This document shows positions 48,486-57,808 of a DNA stretch of 64,000 bases, piece by piece. The position numbers and the translations under genes were made by a program. The number at the start of each line of letters is the position of its first letter. Within the stretch, counting starts at the first letter, position 1. The notes beneath the pieces are model-generated. The model made no database searches, was not told where the DNA came from, and saw only the letters and a program-made list of their open reading frames with translations. Source of the DNA: Chloroflexota bacterium (GTDB lineage: Bacteria; Chloroflexota; Limnocylindria; Limnocylindrales; CSP1-4); assembly GCA_040905225.1 (NCBI GenBank), contig JBBDRY010000110.1, positions 26,395-90,394 of the forward strand, read 5' to 3'.

Positions 48486-50351
48486 CTACGTACGCAGCGA
48501 ACCGAGCCCGCCCACTCGTCGTAGGAGGATCGCCAGCGTAAGCGTGATGCAGATCATGAAGACGCCCACGACGGCGGTCTCGTCGGTGTCGGCCTTGTCC
48601 CACAGGTTCCAGACGAGGGTCGACAGAACGACGCTCTTGGGCGAGTAGAGCATGAGGGCGAGCGTCAGGTTCTTGATCGAGAGCAGGAACACGAGCAGGG
48701 CGCCGTTCAGGAACGCAGGCAGGACGAGCGGGAGGACCACGCGTCGCATCGTGTGACCCCAGCCGGCGCCGCTGGTGGCGGCCGCCTCCTCGAGATGGCC
48801 GTGGATCTGCGCGATCCCGCCGGTCATCAGACGCGTCGCGATGCTGACGTACTGCGTCGTGAGGGCGATGACGATGATCCAGATCGTGCCGTAGATGGGC
48901 AGCGGCAGCAGCAGGTAGAGCAGCAGGACCGAGAGCCCGATGATCACGCCCGGCATCGCGTGCGGGGTGAAGGCGAGCACGTCGAGCAGAAATCGCAGCC
49001 GGCTCTTGCCGCGGACGAGGATCCAGCCGATGAGCAGTCCCAGGGTCATGCTGGCGAGCCCAGTGGCGATGCCGAGCAGGAGGGTATTGCCGATCGCGTT
49101 GCGGAACGCCGAGCTGCGCAGGACCGCCCCGTACGCGTCGAGCGAGGCCCGCCCGATCGATTCGGCGCTCGGCACGGCGTAGAAGCTCTGCAGGCTGGTC
49201 CAGAGCAACGTCAACGTGGGCAGCACAAAGATGAAGACGATGAACGTCGCCACGAGAGCCACGGCGGCAGGCTTCCAGCGCCCGAGTCGCACGCGCCGTG
49301 TCCGGAAGCTGTGGCCTGAGACGGTCGCGTACCGGCTGGAGCGGGCGATCACCCGGTTGTAGAGGAGCAGCGGCCCAATCGCGATCGCCAGCAGGAACAC
49401 GCTGTACGCGGAGGCGAGCCCGTAGTCGGGCAGACCCGCGGCCGGGTTCGCCTCGATGAAGATGCGCGTAGACAGGACGGTGATGTTGCCGCGCAGCCCG
49501 ATCACGAGCGGGATGTCGAAGGACTCGACGACCGAGACGAACTGGTAGACGAGCGCGCTCAGGAGCGCCGGCAGCAGCAGCGGAAGCACGATGCGCCGGG
49601 CCACGACCGGCGGCGATGCGCCCGAGGTCGCGGCCGCGTCCTCCAGGCTGGCGTCCATGGCGCGGAACGCGGCGACGACCAGGAGGAACGTGATCGGCAC
49701 GAGGGCGAGCCCCTGGACGAAGATCATTCCCGGGATCGTGTACACGTTGATCGGCCCGGGGCCGGCGAGCCCGAAGAGGCCGCGCAGCCCGATGTTGAGC
49801 ATGCCGTTTGTCGGGTTGAGCAGCAGCGCCCAGGCGATCGCGGCGATGACGTTGGGCATCCCGATGGCGGCCACGATCAGCACGAAGACGACGTTGCGGA
49901 AGGGCAGGTCCGTCCGCTCGATCAGCCACGCCAGCGCGATCGCGAGCGCGAAGCTGACGGCCAGGGAGCCGCCCGCGAACACGAGTGTCGCCACGAGTAC
50001 GCGGTAGGTCTGCGAGTTGAGGAAGACGTCGACGTAGTTCTGGAACGTCCACGGCACGCCGCCCTCGAACGGGAGGGCGTTGTGGGTCTCCTTGAAGCTC
50101 GCCACGAGCAGCATGACAAGCGGGCCGCCCACGAGATAAAGCAGCGTCGCCACAGCGAGCACGACCACGATCGTCCGGCTGTCGAGCCTGCGCCGGGCGA
50201 GGCCGCGCGCTGGCGAGAACCTTTGACGGGCCGGCGGCGGCCCTTCGGTGGCGGTCAGCCGGCGCCGCCGTTCTCGGTGCCGAGCTCCGACATCGCAGTC
50301 GCAGATGTCTCCGCGCGATCCGGACCGAAATCGCGCGGAAAGAGCCGGCAC
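48486..50351 (-). CDS. ABC transporter permease, fused two-domain (Fe3+/polyamine FbpB/PotB-type)
   Basis: ~600 aa with two 6-TM modules. True start probably downstream of 50351, because the ORF overlaps the ATPase gene by ~95 nt. Confidence 0.7.
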   Translation of the reverse strand: MPALSARFRSGSRGDICDCDVGARHRERRRRLTATEGPPPARQRFSPARGLARRRLDSRTIVVVLAVATLLYLVGGPLVMLLVASFKETHNALPFEGGVPWTFQNYVDVFLNSQTYRVLVATLVFAGGSLAVSFALAIALAWLIERTDLPFRNVVFVLIVAAIGMPNVIAAIAWALLLNPTNGMLNIGLRGLFGLAGPGPINVYTIPGMIFVQGLALVPITFLLVVAAFRAMDASLEDAAATSGASPPVVARRIVLPLLLPALLSALVYQFVSVVESFDIPLVIGLRGNITVLSTRIFIEANPAAGLPDYGLASAYSVFLLAIAIGPLLLYNRVIARSSRYATVSGHSFRTRRVRLGRWKPAAVALVATFIVFIFVLPTLTLLWTSLQSFYAVPSAESIGRASLDAYGAVLRSSAFRNAIGNTLLLGIATGLASMTLGLLIGWILVRGKSRLRFLLDVLAFTPHAMPGVIIGLSVLLLYLLLPLPIYGTIWIIVIALTTQYVSIATRLMTGGIAQIHGHLEEAAATSGAGWGHTMRRVVLPLVLPAFLNGALLVFLLSIKNLTLALMLYSPKSVVLSTLVWNLWDKADTDETAVVGVFMICITLTLAILLRRVGGLGSLRT

Positions 50352-51427
50352 GCGTTGGGCGGCAGGACGAGCTGGATGTCCTCACCCTCCTCCATCGGTC
50401 GGCGCGATCCCGAGCGTGCCTGCAGCGTCATGCCGTCGACCTCCACGTGGTAGTCGACGAAGGTGCCCGTGAAGAGCCCGATCTGCACCTTGCCCGCGAT
50501 GACGTTTGGTGCCTCAAGCGCACCATGCGACGACCCCGACCGGCGATGCACCTCGATCTCCTCGGGCCGGACGGCGATCATCACAGCGCGCCCGGGCGCC
50601 CAGTCGTAACTGGTCTCGCAGTCGAGTGTCCCGCAGGGTGTCGAGACGCGGACGGTGCCGTTTTCGCCTGGTCCCTCCACCTCGCCCGGCACAAGGTTGG
50701 TCGAGCCGATGAAGCTGGCCACGAACTCGCTCGCCGGCGAGTGGTAGATGTCGCGCGGCGTGCCCTGCTGAACGATGATGCCGTCCTTCATGACCGCGAC
50801 CTGGTCGGACATCGAGAGCGCCTCGATCTGGTCGTGCGTCACGAAGAGCGTGGTCAGGCCCAACCGGCGCTGGATTAGGGTCAGCTCGCCGCGCATACGT
50901 TCGCGGAGCTTCGCGTCCAGGTTCGAGAGTGGTTCGTCCAGCAGCAGGACCTTCGGCTCGCGCACGATCGCCCGAGCCACCGACAGCCGCTGCTGCTGGC
51001 CGCCCGACAGCTCGGTCGCCATGCGGCGCTCCAGTCCGCTCAGGCCGACGAGCTCGAGCGCCGTCGTCACCTTCTGTCGGACCACCTCGCCGCGCATCCG
51101 GCGACGGCCAACGCGGAGCGGGAAGGCGACGTTCTCGAAGACGTCCATGTGCGGCCACACGGCGTAGCTCTGGAAGACCATGCCCAGGTCGCGTCGGTAG
51201 GTGGGCACGTTGACCCGGTCGGACACGACCACGGTGTCGCCCAGCTCGATGGTGCCCGAGTCGGGCTGCTCCAGCCCTGCGATGCAGCGCAGCGTCGTTG
51301 TTTTGCCGCAGCCGCTCGGGCCGAGAAGCGTGTAGAAGCGGCCTTCGTCGACCGTGAACGAGACACCCGCCACCGCCGGGGCGGCCTGCCCCGGATACGT
51401 CTTGCGGAGCTGGGTGACGCGGATCAT
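50255..51427 (-). CDS. ABC transporter ATP-binding protein (FbpC/PotA-type with C-terminal TOBE domain)
   Basis: GPSGCGKTT, LSGGQQQR and LLLDEP motifs. 390 aa. Confidence 0.85.
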   Translation of the reverse strand: MIRVTQLRKTYPGQAAPAVAGVSFTVDEGRFYTLLGPSGCGKTTTLRCIAGLEQPDSGTIELGDTVVVSDRVNVPTYRRDLGMVFQSYAVWPHMDVFENVAFPLRVGRRRMRGEVVRQKVTTALELVGLSGLERRMATELSGGQQQRLSVARAIVREPKVLLLDEPLSNLDAKLRERMRGELTLIQRRLGLTTLFVTHDQIEALSMSDQVAVMKDGIIVQQGTPRDIYHSPASEFVASFIGSTNLVPGEVEGPGENGTVRVSTPCGTLDCETSYDWAPGRAVMIAVRPEEIEVHRRSGSSHGALEAPNVIAGKVQIGLFTGTFVDYHVEVDGMTLQARSGSRRPMEEGEDIQLVLPPNACRLFPRDFGPDRAETSATAMSELGTENGGAG

Positions 51428-51481
51428 TCAGAAAGAGAAGGGCGCCGGGTTATCGTCCCGGCGCCCGATAGTTCCTGCGCG

Positions 51482-52552
51482 TTACTCCGTCCAGATTGGG
51501 CCGATCAGGTCGCTCATCGCCCCGACTGCGTCGGCCTTTTCGGGCGTGTCGATGGCGAGGACCTCAGCGCCCGCAGGGGCGCTGGAGGGAACCGTCTCGT
51601 TCGACTTGAACTCCGACTCGTCGTGGATCTGCTTGCCGGCAGTCGCGATCCAGCCCACCCAGCATGCCGCGGCGTTGGGATGCGTCGCGTCGTTGAGGAC
51701 GGCGTGGTACGCGTCGAGCGTTGGGATGATGTCCAGGTACTTGATATCGATCGGCGCGTCCTCGGCCTGCTGCTCCAGCGTCTCAGCGGAGCGGCCGCCC
51801 GTGGTGATCGCGTACTCGCCGCTGGCGACCGCGACCATGCCGGCCGTCCCGCCTTCGATGACTATCGGATTGACGGTCGTCTTCAGCCGGTTCACGTAGT
51901 CGAGCGTCGCCTCCTCGCCCCAGCTGAGCGAGAGCTGATCGAACGGGCGGCCGCGCGGGTCGACGATGACCTGGCCGTTCCACTCGGCGTCGATCAGCTC
52001 CTCCCACGTGGAGGGGATCTCGTCGGCGGTGTAGTTGTCGGTGTTATACCCGAGACCACCTGCCACTCGGTAGATGCGGACCATTCCCGAGTTGACGATG
52101 TCGTCGGCGGCACCAAGCGCGGCCCAGTCGATCGTCTGGTTGATCAGGTTCCCCCCGAGCACCGGCTGGAAGACATCGAGCCCGCCGTAGATGAGGTCGG
52201 CCGACACCCGGCCAACGGAGGCCTCGGTCAGGACTCGCTGGGCGCTGTCGTCGGGACGCAGCTGCGTGCTCTCGATCTGGATGTCGGGGTAGGCGGCATT
52301 GAAAGCCGCCATGATCGGCTCGGGGTTCGAGAGGTTGTTCCAGTAGACGAGCGACCCTTCAGCCGAACCGGCCGCGCAAACGGCGGCAAGGTCACCGGCG
52401 ACGACACCTGTGGCGGTACTCGCCTGGGGTGTGGCGGTCGGCGCCGCAGGCGTGGCGGTCGCCGCCGGCGGCAGACTTGCTCCTGTCGTGCCGGTGGGAC
52501 GTGGAGTCGCCACTGGTCCGGCACACGCGGCGGCAATAAGAGATACGACCAC
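51482..52552 (-). CDS. ABC transporter substrate-binding protein (family 1, Fe3+/polyamine type); N-terminus probably mis-framed
   Basis: A strong-RBS ATG at 52584-52586 in another frame encodes MSTLARSLIT. A 1-nt indel at the CGGTGG site would fuse it to VVSLIAAACAG and give a perfect lipoprotein signal. Confidence 0.7.
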   Translation of the reverse strand: MVVSLIAAACAGPVATPRPTGTTGASLPPAATATPAAPTATPQASTATGVVAGDLAAVCAAGSAEGSLVYWNNLSNPEPIMAAFNAAYPDIQIESTQLRPDDSAQRVLTEASVGRVSADLIYGGLDVFQPVLGGNLINQTIDWAALGAADDIVNSGMVRIYRVAGGLGYNTDNYTADEIPSTWEELIDAEWNGQVIVDPRGRPFDQLSLSWGEEATLDYVNRLKTTVNPIVIEGGTAGMVAVASGEYAITTGGRSAETLEQQAEDAPIDIKYLDIIPTLDAYHAVLNDATHPNAAACWVGWIATAGKQIHDESEFKSNETVPSSAPAGAEVLAIDTPEKADAVGAMSDLIGPIWTE

Positions 52553-52652
52553 CGACGGTGATCAGAGAACGAGCAAGGGTGGACATGCGGCCTCCTACAA
52601 CCGGGCTATGTACGCCTCTGCATCTAACGGTATACCGATGGTCAACGGCGGG

Positions 52653-53495
52653 TCAGGCCGCAGCGTCAAGCCATTCCAGAACGATCGACGCCGATTGCTC
52701 GGGCGCCTGCCAGAAATAGCCATGAGCGCAGCCGGCGATGGCGCGGAACGGTGCATTGGGCAGATGCTTCGCGAGGTACTGAGACTGTTCCCAGTGGGAA
52801 CCCGTCCCACCCTGGTGCGTGTCGCGGTCACCAACGAGGACCAGGCACGGATGCGCGATCTCGGAGAGCCGCGCGGTCGTCTCGTGCTGCTGGCGTGCAA
52901 TCACGTGCTTGAAGTAGTCCTCGATGCTGGGACGCGTGTCGAGGTATGCCCGTATCAGCCACTCGACGCGCTTGGGGCTCGCATCCCGGAACTCGGGCGT
53001 GAAGAACGTGGTCGCGATCTGGTGACGGATGTAGCCCTCGAAGCCGTGCTCCGCGATCATCACCGCTGGCTTCAGTGGAATGCCCCGGGTGACTGGTCGC
53101 GACGCGTCGAATTGACCGGGTCCGCTGGCCGCCATGACCGCCCGACGGACCAGTTCCGGACGATCGAGGAGGAGCCACTGGAGGATGCGGCCACCCATCG
53201 AGTGGCCGATTGCGTCGACCGGCCCCAGGCCGAGCTCATCGAGGAGCCGCGCGGCATCTGCCGCGAAGAGGCGCGTGGAGTAGTCACCCGGCATGCCAGC
53301 GGTCGCTCCCGTCCCGCGATGGTCGAACGTTACGACCGTCCGGTGCGGCTCGAGCTGTGCCATGAGCTCCGGGAGGCGCCACGTGTCGCCGGCGTAACCG
53401 GTGCCGGCGATTAGCAGGAGCGGCGGGCCGGTCCCCGTGACACTGTGCGCGACGAGTACCGTCTCGAGCAGCCCTGCATCCCTCAGGCCAGTCAT
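52653..53495 (-). CDS. alpha/beta hydrolase
   Basis: 280 aa from MTGLRDAGL, with a GHSMGG nucleophile elbow. The upstream part of the ORF in the track is Arg/Pro-rich junk. Confidence 0.7.
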   Translation of the reverse strand: MTGLRDAGLLETVLVAHSVTGTGPPLLLIAGTGYAGDTWRLPELMAQLEPHRTVVTFDHRGTGATAGMPGDYSTRLFAADAARLLDELGLGPVDAIGHSMGGRILQWLLLDRPELVRRAVMAASGPGQFDASRPVTRGIPLKPAVMIAEHGFEGYIRHQIATTFFTPEFRDASPKRVEWLIRAYLDTRPSIEDYFKHVIARQQHETTARLSEIAHPCLVLVGDRDTHQGGTGSHWEQSQYLAKHLPNAPFRAIAGCAHGYFWQAPEQSASIVLEWLDAAA

Positions 53496-53535
53496 CGCGT
53501 GCGCGGTCGCCCTCGCCCTGAACGCGTACCGGCCC

Positions 53536-53766
53536 TCACTCGTAAACGGTGAAATTAGCCTCGTACCGGCAACGGCAGCCGGCCGGCCGGGTGCAGTCGG
53601 GGACGGGCACAGATGGGAGCGTGGACGGGGTGTACATCTGGCCGTCGGAGCGGGCGCACGCTTCGCAACGCGTCGAATCTGCGGCGACCACGGCCACACC
53701 ATCGATATCGCCTTCGAGGTACAGGCGCTGGAAGCGCGCGATGAGATCGTCGTGCGGCGCGTTCAC
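53536..53766 (-). CDS. small cysteine-rich protein, paralog 1 (76 aa, unknown family)
   Basis: IDGVAVVAAD...C.AC...C...GCRCRYE..FTVYE. ~55% identical to 61477..61674. Sits between the GntR gene and the hydrolase in one operon. Confidence 0.5.
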   Translation of the reverse strand: MNAPHDDLIARFQRLYLEGDIDGVAVVAADSTRCEACARSDGQMYTPSTLPSVPVPDCTRPAGCRCRYEANFTVYE

Positions 53767-53779
53767 CGATCCCTCGCGC

Positions 53780-54496
53780 TCAGCTGGCCACGGAGAGCTC
53801 GTGCCCGATCGCCTTCCTCACGTGCAGCTGCGTCATGTACTCGGACGCGGCCCGGAGGTGCCGCGTCGACGCGAACTCGGCCGCGTCGGCATCGTGCTCC
53901 TCCAGCGCCCTCAGGATCTGCTCGTGCTCGTCGAAGACCGTGTTCACGCGCGGACTGCTGCTGAATGCCTCGGTGCTGAAGCGGCGCACGAAATCTGAGA
54001 GATCGCGCGCGAGCCGCGACAGCGTCGCGTTGCCGGCGGCGCGGTAGATGACGTCGTGGAAGGCCATGTTGGCATTGACGACGATCTCCGTGCGGCCCGC
54101 ATTCAGCCCCTCGTGCATCGAATCGAGAATGGCTCGCAGGCGCAGGAGCTCCTCGGGCGCGATCCGCTGCGCGGCGAGCCGCGCAGCCAAACCCTCGAGG
54201 ACCTCGCGCACCAGGTAAACATCCTGGATCTCGTGCGGCTCTGGCTCGTGGACGACAAGGCCGCGCACGGGATCTGCGTGGACCAGCTTGTCGGTCATGA
54301 GCCGCTTGAGCGCCTCGCGCACCGGCGTGCGGCTGACTTCGAACTCCGCGGCGAACTGGAGCTCCACCAGCCGCGTGTGGGGCGGAAGCTCCCCCGAGAT
54401 GATCATCTCTTTCATCCGCCGGTACACGCGCTCGCTGCTCGGAAGCCCGTCATCGCGGACCCCTGCAACAGCGCTCCTGGTGCGCGAACGAGCCAC
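53780..54496 (-). CDS. GntR-family (FadR/FCD subfamily) transcriptional regulator
   Basis: wHTH ...YRRMKEMIISGELPPHTRLVELQFAAEFEVSRTPVREALKRL plus an all-helical FCD C-terminal domain. Start is GTG near 54496 or ATG 54415. Confidence 0.75.
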   Translation of the reverse strand: MARSRTRSAVAGVRDDGLPSSERVYRRMKEMIISGELPPHTRLVELQFAAEFEVSRTPVREALKRLMTDKLVHADPVRGLVVHEPEPHEIQDVYLVREVLEGLAARLAAQRIAPEELLRLRAILDSMHEGLNAGRTEIVVNANMAFHDVIYRAAGNATLSRLARDLSDFVRRFSTEAFSSSPRVNTVFDEHEQILRALEEHDADAAEFASTRHLRAASEYMTQLHVRKAIGHELSVAS

Positions 54497-54524
54497 CTGC
54501 TCCGCCTCACCTGCCCTCGATCGG

Positions 54525-54534
54525 TACCGCGGTA
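54525..54534. promoter_or_regulatory. perfect 10-bp palindrome TACCGCGGTA in the GntR/FAD-oxidase divergent intergenic region
   Basis: Read directly. It has the ACC..GGT core seen in GntR-type operators. Overlaps the 8-bp palindrome CGGTACCG. Confidence 0.25.
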
Positions 54535-54604
54535 GGGCACCTGCGGCCGAGTATACGGCAGCATGCCGCGGCCGCAAGAAGCACGGGACCGATAGGCTAC
54601 GGTC

Positions 54605-55708
54605 GTGGAGGTGTGCGTGGTCGGCGCGGGGATCATGGGCGCAGTCACGGCCTACCACCTGTCGCGCCGCGGCGCACGAGTGATGGTGATCGAGGCCACC
54701 ACCCTGGAGCCGCGCGGCGCGAGCGCGGCGACCTTCGGCTGGATCAACGCCAACTCCAAGCAGCCGGAACACTATTTCGAGCTGAACCGCGCGGGCATGG
54801 AGGCGCACGGCGAGCTCCGCGATGCTCTCGGCGGCGGATCGTGGCTGCGCGGCGGTGGGAGCGTGGAGTGGGCCGATCCGGAAGGCGCTGCCGCTCTTCG
54901 CGCTCGCGTTGACGCGCACGCAGCGCGGGGCTACCCGGCGGAGCTGATCGATGCCGCGCGTCTCCGTGAGCTCGAGCCTGAGCTCGAACCCGAACCCTCG
55001 CCGACCGAAGTCGCCTTCTTCCCATCCGAAGGCTCGGTCGACACCGTTCCGCTGATAGGCGTCCTGCTCGCCGCCACGCAGGGCATGGGCGCCGTGATCA
55101 AGCGCGGCGTCCGCGTGACGCATCTCGACGCCGGCAGGGATGGCCGCGCCATCATCGTTCTGGACCCTTCCGAGACGATCAGAGCCGACGTGGTGGTGAA
55201 CTGCGCGGGAGCTGATGCAGGCCCGCTGGCGGTGCAGGGCGGGCTGATGGTGGATACCGGTGGTCCTGTGGGACTTAACGCCGTGACGGTCCCGGTCTCC
55301 GTTTCGCTCGGTCGGGTCGTCCGCGCGCCAGGAGTCCATTTTCGTCCCGAGCGTGGTGGCCGGATCATGATCGCGTCCCCTTCGGCCGACGCGGCGCTCG
55401 CCACAGGTACTGACACGAGCGGGTTGGCCGAGCGCCTGGTCGACGCGGCCGCACGTCATCTTCCCGGCCTCGCCGGTGCGGCCATCGAGGAGGCACGCGT
55501 CGCGCGGCGCGCGATTCCTCCGGATGGGCTACCGATTGCCGGACGCCTGGCGGACGCGCCGTGGCTTTACCACCTCGTGACCCACAGTGGCGTGACCCTC
55601 GCGCCGCTGCTGGGTCGCCTGGCGGCGGAGGAGATCCTCGGCGGCGCAGAGGACGCGCGCCTGGCGCCTTACCGTCCGGATCGATTCACCACTTCGGTAA
55701 GCTCTTGA
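54605..55708 (+). CDS. FAD-dependent oxidoreductase (DAO/glycine oxidase/sarcosine oxidase-beta family)
   Basis: VCVVGAGIMGAVTAYHLSRRGARVMVIE dinucleotide-binding motif. 367 aa. Confidence 0.75.
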   Translation: MEVCVVGAGIMGAVTAYHLSRRGARVMVIEATTLEPRGASAATFGWINANSKQPEHYFELNRAGMEAHGELRDALGGGSWLRGGGSVEWADPEGAAALRARVDAHAARGYPAELIDAARLRELEPELEPEPSPTEVAFFPSEGSVDTVPLIGVLLAATQGMGAVIKRGVRVTHLDAGRDGRAIIVLDPSETIRADVVVNCAGADAGPLAVQGGLMVDTGGPVGLNAVTVPVSVSLGRVVRAPGVHFRPERGGRIMIASPSADAALATGTDTSGLAERLVDAAARHLPGLAGAAIEEARVARRAIPPDGLPIAGRLADAPWLYHLVTHSGVTLAPLLGRLAAEEILGGAEDARLAPYRPDRFTTSVSS

Positions 55709-55789
55709 GATGCGGCTCATCGCCGAGGAGATTGTCTGCGTCCTCGCGGCCCAGGGGCTCGCGCCCAACCGTCCGCTGCGGTTACAAGC

Positions 55790-56468
55790 ATGATCTCTGT
55801 CGACGGACGCGAGGCGCTTCGGGCGCTCGCCAACCGGCCCGCGGTCGTGACGATCGATCTGCATCGCGGACACCTCGATCCCGAGGTCGCGACACTCCCG
55901 ATGCCTGCCGATCGGGCCGCGGCGCTTATGGAGCGGGTCGTCCCGCTGCTGGACCGCTACCGCGCGGCCGGGCTGCCGGTGTTCCACCTCGTGACCTGGT
56001 ATCGGGACCGCTCGGAGATCCTGAGCAACCCCATCTGGCGCTATCGCGCGGAGCGCGCGGCCGGGCTCCGCAAGCGGATCGCAGACCACAACATCGACGG
56101 AATGCCAGGCATCGAGCTGATGCCCGGAATCGCCCGGCCGGGGGACCGGATCCTGACGACGAAGAAGCGCTACGACTGCTTCGTTGGGACCGACCTGGAG
56201 TTTCGTCCTTCGCTCGGGCGACCATGACGCGCTCTTCGTGATGGGCGTTAACACCAATTCGTGTGTCCTTGCGACGTCGACTGCGGCATCGTCGCGGGAC
56301 TTCGCGGTCTTCGTGGTCGACGACGGCTGCGACTCGATGCTCGGCCGTGACCTCCACGAGGCGGCCGAATCGGTGATCAACGGATCGTTCGGATGGATCG
56401 TGACCGGCGAGCAGACGCTCGAGCTGCTCGCCGAACGAGCTGGCGCCGTCGGCGCCGCGGGAGGTTGA
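55790..56468 (+). pseudogene. isochorismatase/cysteine-hydrolase-family amidase with a 1-nt frameshift (probable assembly error)
   Basis: ORFs 55790..56227 and 56184..56468 join as ...KKRYDCFVGTDLEFVLRSGDHDALFVMGVNTNSCV... if one T is removed from the TTT at 56201-56203. Confidence 0.7.
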
Positions 56469-56470
56469 GC

Positions 56471-56680
56471 GTGCCGAGGCTGATCGTCCAGCAGATCGAA
56501 GGCCGAAGCGTCGAGCAGAAGCGCGAGCTCGCGCGGAGGCTGACGGACACCGTCGTCGACATCCTGAACGTAGACCCGGAGACCGTGACGGTGTTCATCG
56601 AGGAAGTCCCACCGGAGAATTTCGCTCGCGGCGGCGTACTCGCGGTGGACCGCCGTGCGGGGGAACGCGCTAGCGAATAG
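56471..56680 (+). CDS. 4-oxalocrotonate tautomerase-family protein
   Basis: MPRLIVQQIEGRSVEQKRELARRLTDTVVDIL has the catalytic Pro1 and aligns closely with 4-OT. 69 aa. Confidence 0.8.
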   Translation: MPRLIVQQIEGRSVEQKRELARRLTDTVVDILNVDPETVTVFIEEVPPENFARGGVLAVDRRAGERASE

Positions 56681-56689
56681 AGTCGGACC

Positions 56690-57808
56690 GTGACCGTCGA
56701 GCTCAACGGGATCCGCCTGCGCAACCGGCTGCTGACCTCGGCCAGCCTGCTCGGCTACGGTGCGGGCAAGGGCCGGCTGATCCTCTACGGGCTGTCGCCG
56801 ATCGCCCAGTGGGTGCCGCTCGAGCGGTTCGGCGCCGTCGTGACGCGGACCATGACCGTCCAGCCCCGCGAAGGCCACTTCACGCTCCGCGAGGACTGGA
56901 AGATCTGGCAGTTCCCCGAGATGCTCGGCATGTATTCGCGCGCTCTGCGCCGCGTAGACGCGGGCTGGTTGAACGCTTTCGGCTGGTCGAACATCGGGAT
57001 CGATCGGTACTTCGAGGAATACGAGCGGAGGACGCGGAAGCAGAACCGCATTCTCTCGCTAGGTGGCTTCTCTGCCGAGGAATTCGGCTCGCTCGTTGAA
57101 ACCGTGAACCAGCGCATGAAGCCGGGCGAGATTGCCGCGGTCGAGTTCAACGTCTCGTGCCACAACGTGAACTTTCCCTTCGAGACGATCCTGGAGGACG
57201 TCCTGGCGACCGCGGTTCCGCTGTCCCGCCACCCGGTCATCCTCAAGCTCTCGCCCGACTACGACTACGTCGAGCACGCCCACATGGCGGCGCGCCACGG
57301 AGTCGCCGCCCTGACCGCCATCAACGCCGTCAAGGCGCTGCGGCTGGATCCCAGGACCGGGGAGCCGCTGCTCAAGAACCGCTACGGCTCGCTGTCCGGC
57401 CGTGCCATCAAGCCGATCGGCCTGCGCATCGTTTCGGAGCTGCGGGAGGCCGGCGTCCGCCTGCCGATCATCGCGTCGGCCGGGATCCGGACGTTCGACG
57501 ACTGCCGCGAGTTCTTTTGGGCAGGTGCAGACGCAGTCTCGCTCGGCTCTGCGGTCTGGCTCAAGCCGATGCCGCTCTACGCGCTTGGCCCGCTCGAGGG
57601 TCTGCGCATCCGCCGGCTGATCGGCAAGGTCGAGCGTTACGACGTGCCCGAGCGCAAGCCTCAGCCGATCGACTTCACCCCGCACCCGCTCGAGGCTGAG
57701 CCGTACGAGGCTGAGCCGTACGACGCCGAGCCGGACGAGGCTGAGCCATACGAGGCCGGCGAGGGCGTGCGCGACGAGGCGGAGCTCGCCGGCACCGGGA
57801 CTCGTTGA
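56690..57808 (+). CDS. dihydroorotate dehydrogenase-family protein (PyrD/PreA-like TIM-barrel flavoenzyme) with an acidic EAEPY-repeat tail
   Basis: EFNVSCHNVNFP (cf. NLSCPN) and IIASAGIRTFDD are DHOD-family blocks. The C-terminus is EAEPYEAEPYDAEPDEAEPYEAGEG. Confidence 0.7.
   Translation: MTVELNGIRLRNRLLTSASLLGYGAGKGRLILYGLSPIAQWVPLERFGAVVTRTMTVQPREGHFTLREDWKIWQFPEMLGMYSRALRRVDAGWLNAFGWSNIGIDRYFEEYERRTRKQNRILSLGGFSAEEFGSLVETVNQRMKPGEIAAVEFNVSCHNVNFPFETILEDVLATAVPLSRHPVILKLSPDYDYVEHAHMAARHGVAALTAINAVKALRLDPRTGEPLLKNRYGSLSGRAIKPIGLRIVSELREAGVRLPIIASAGIRTFDDCREFFWAGADAVSLGSAVWLKPMPLYALGPLEGLRIRRLIGKVERYDVPERKPQPIDFTPHPLEAEPYEAEPYDAEPDEAEPYEAGEGVRDEAELAGTGTR
57682..57756. repeat. 15-bp imperfect tandem repeat x5 (GAGGCTGAGCCGTAC) encoding the EAEPY tail
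   Basis: Read directly. Confidence 0.85.
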
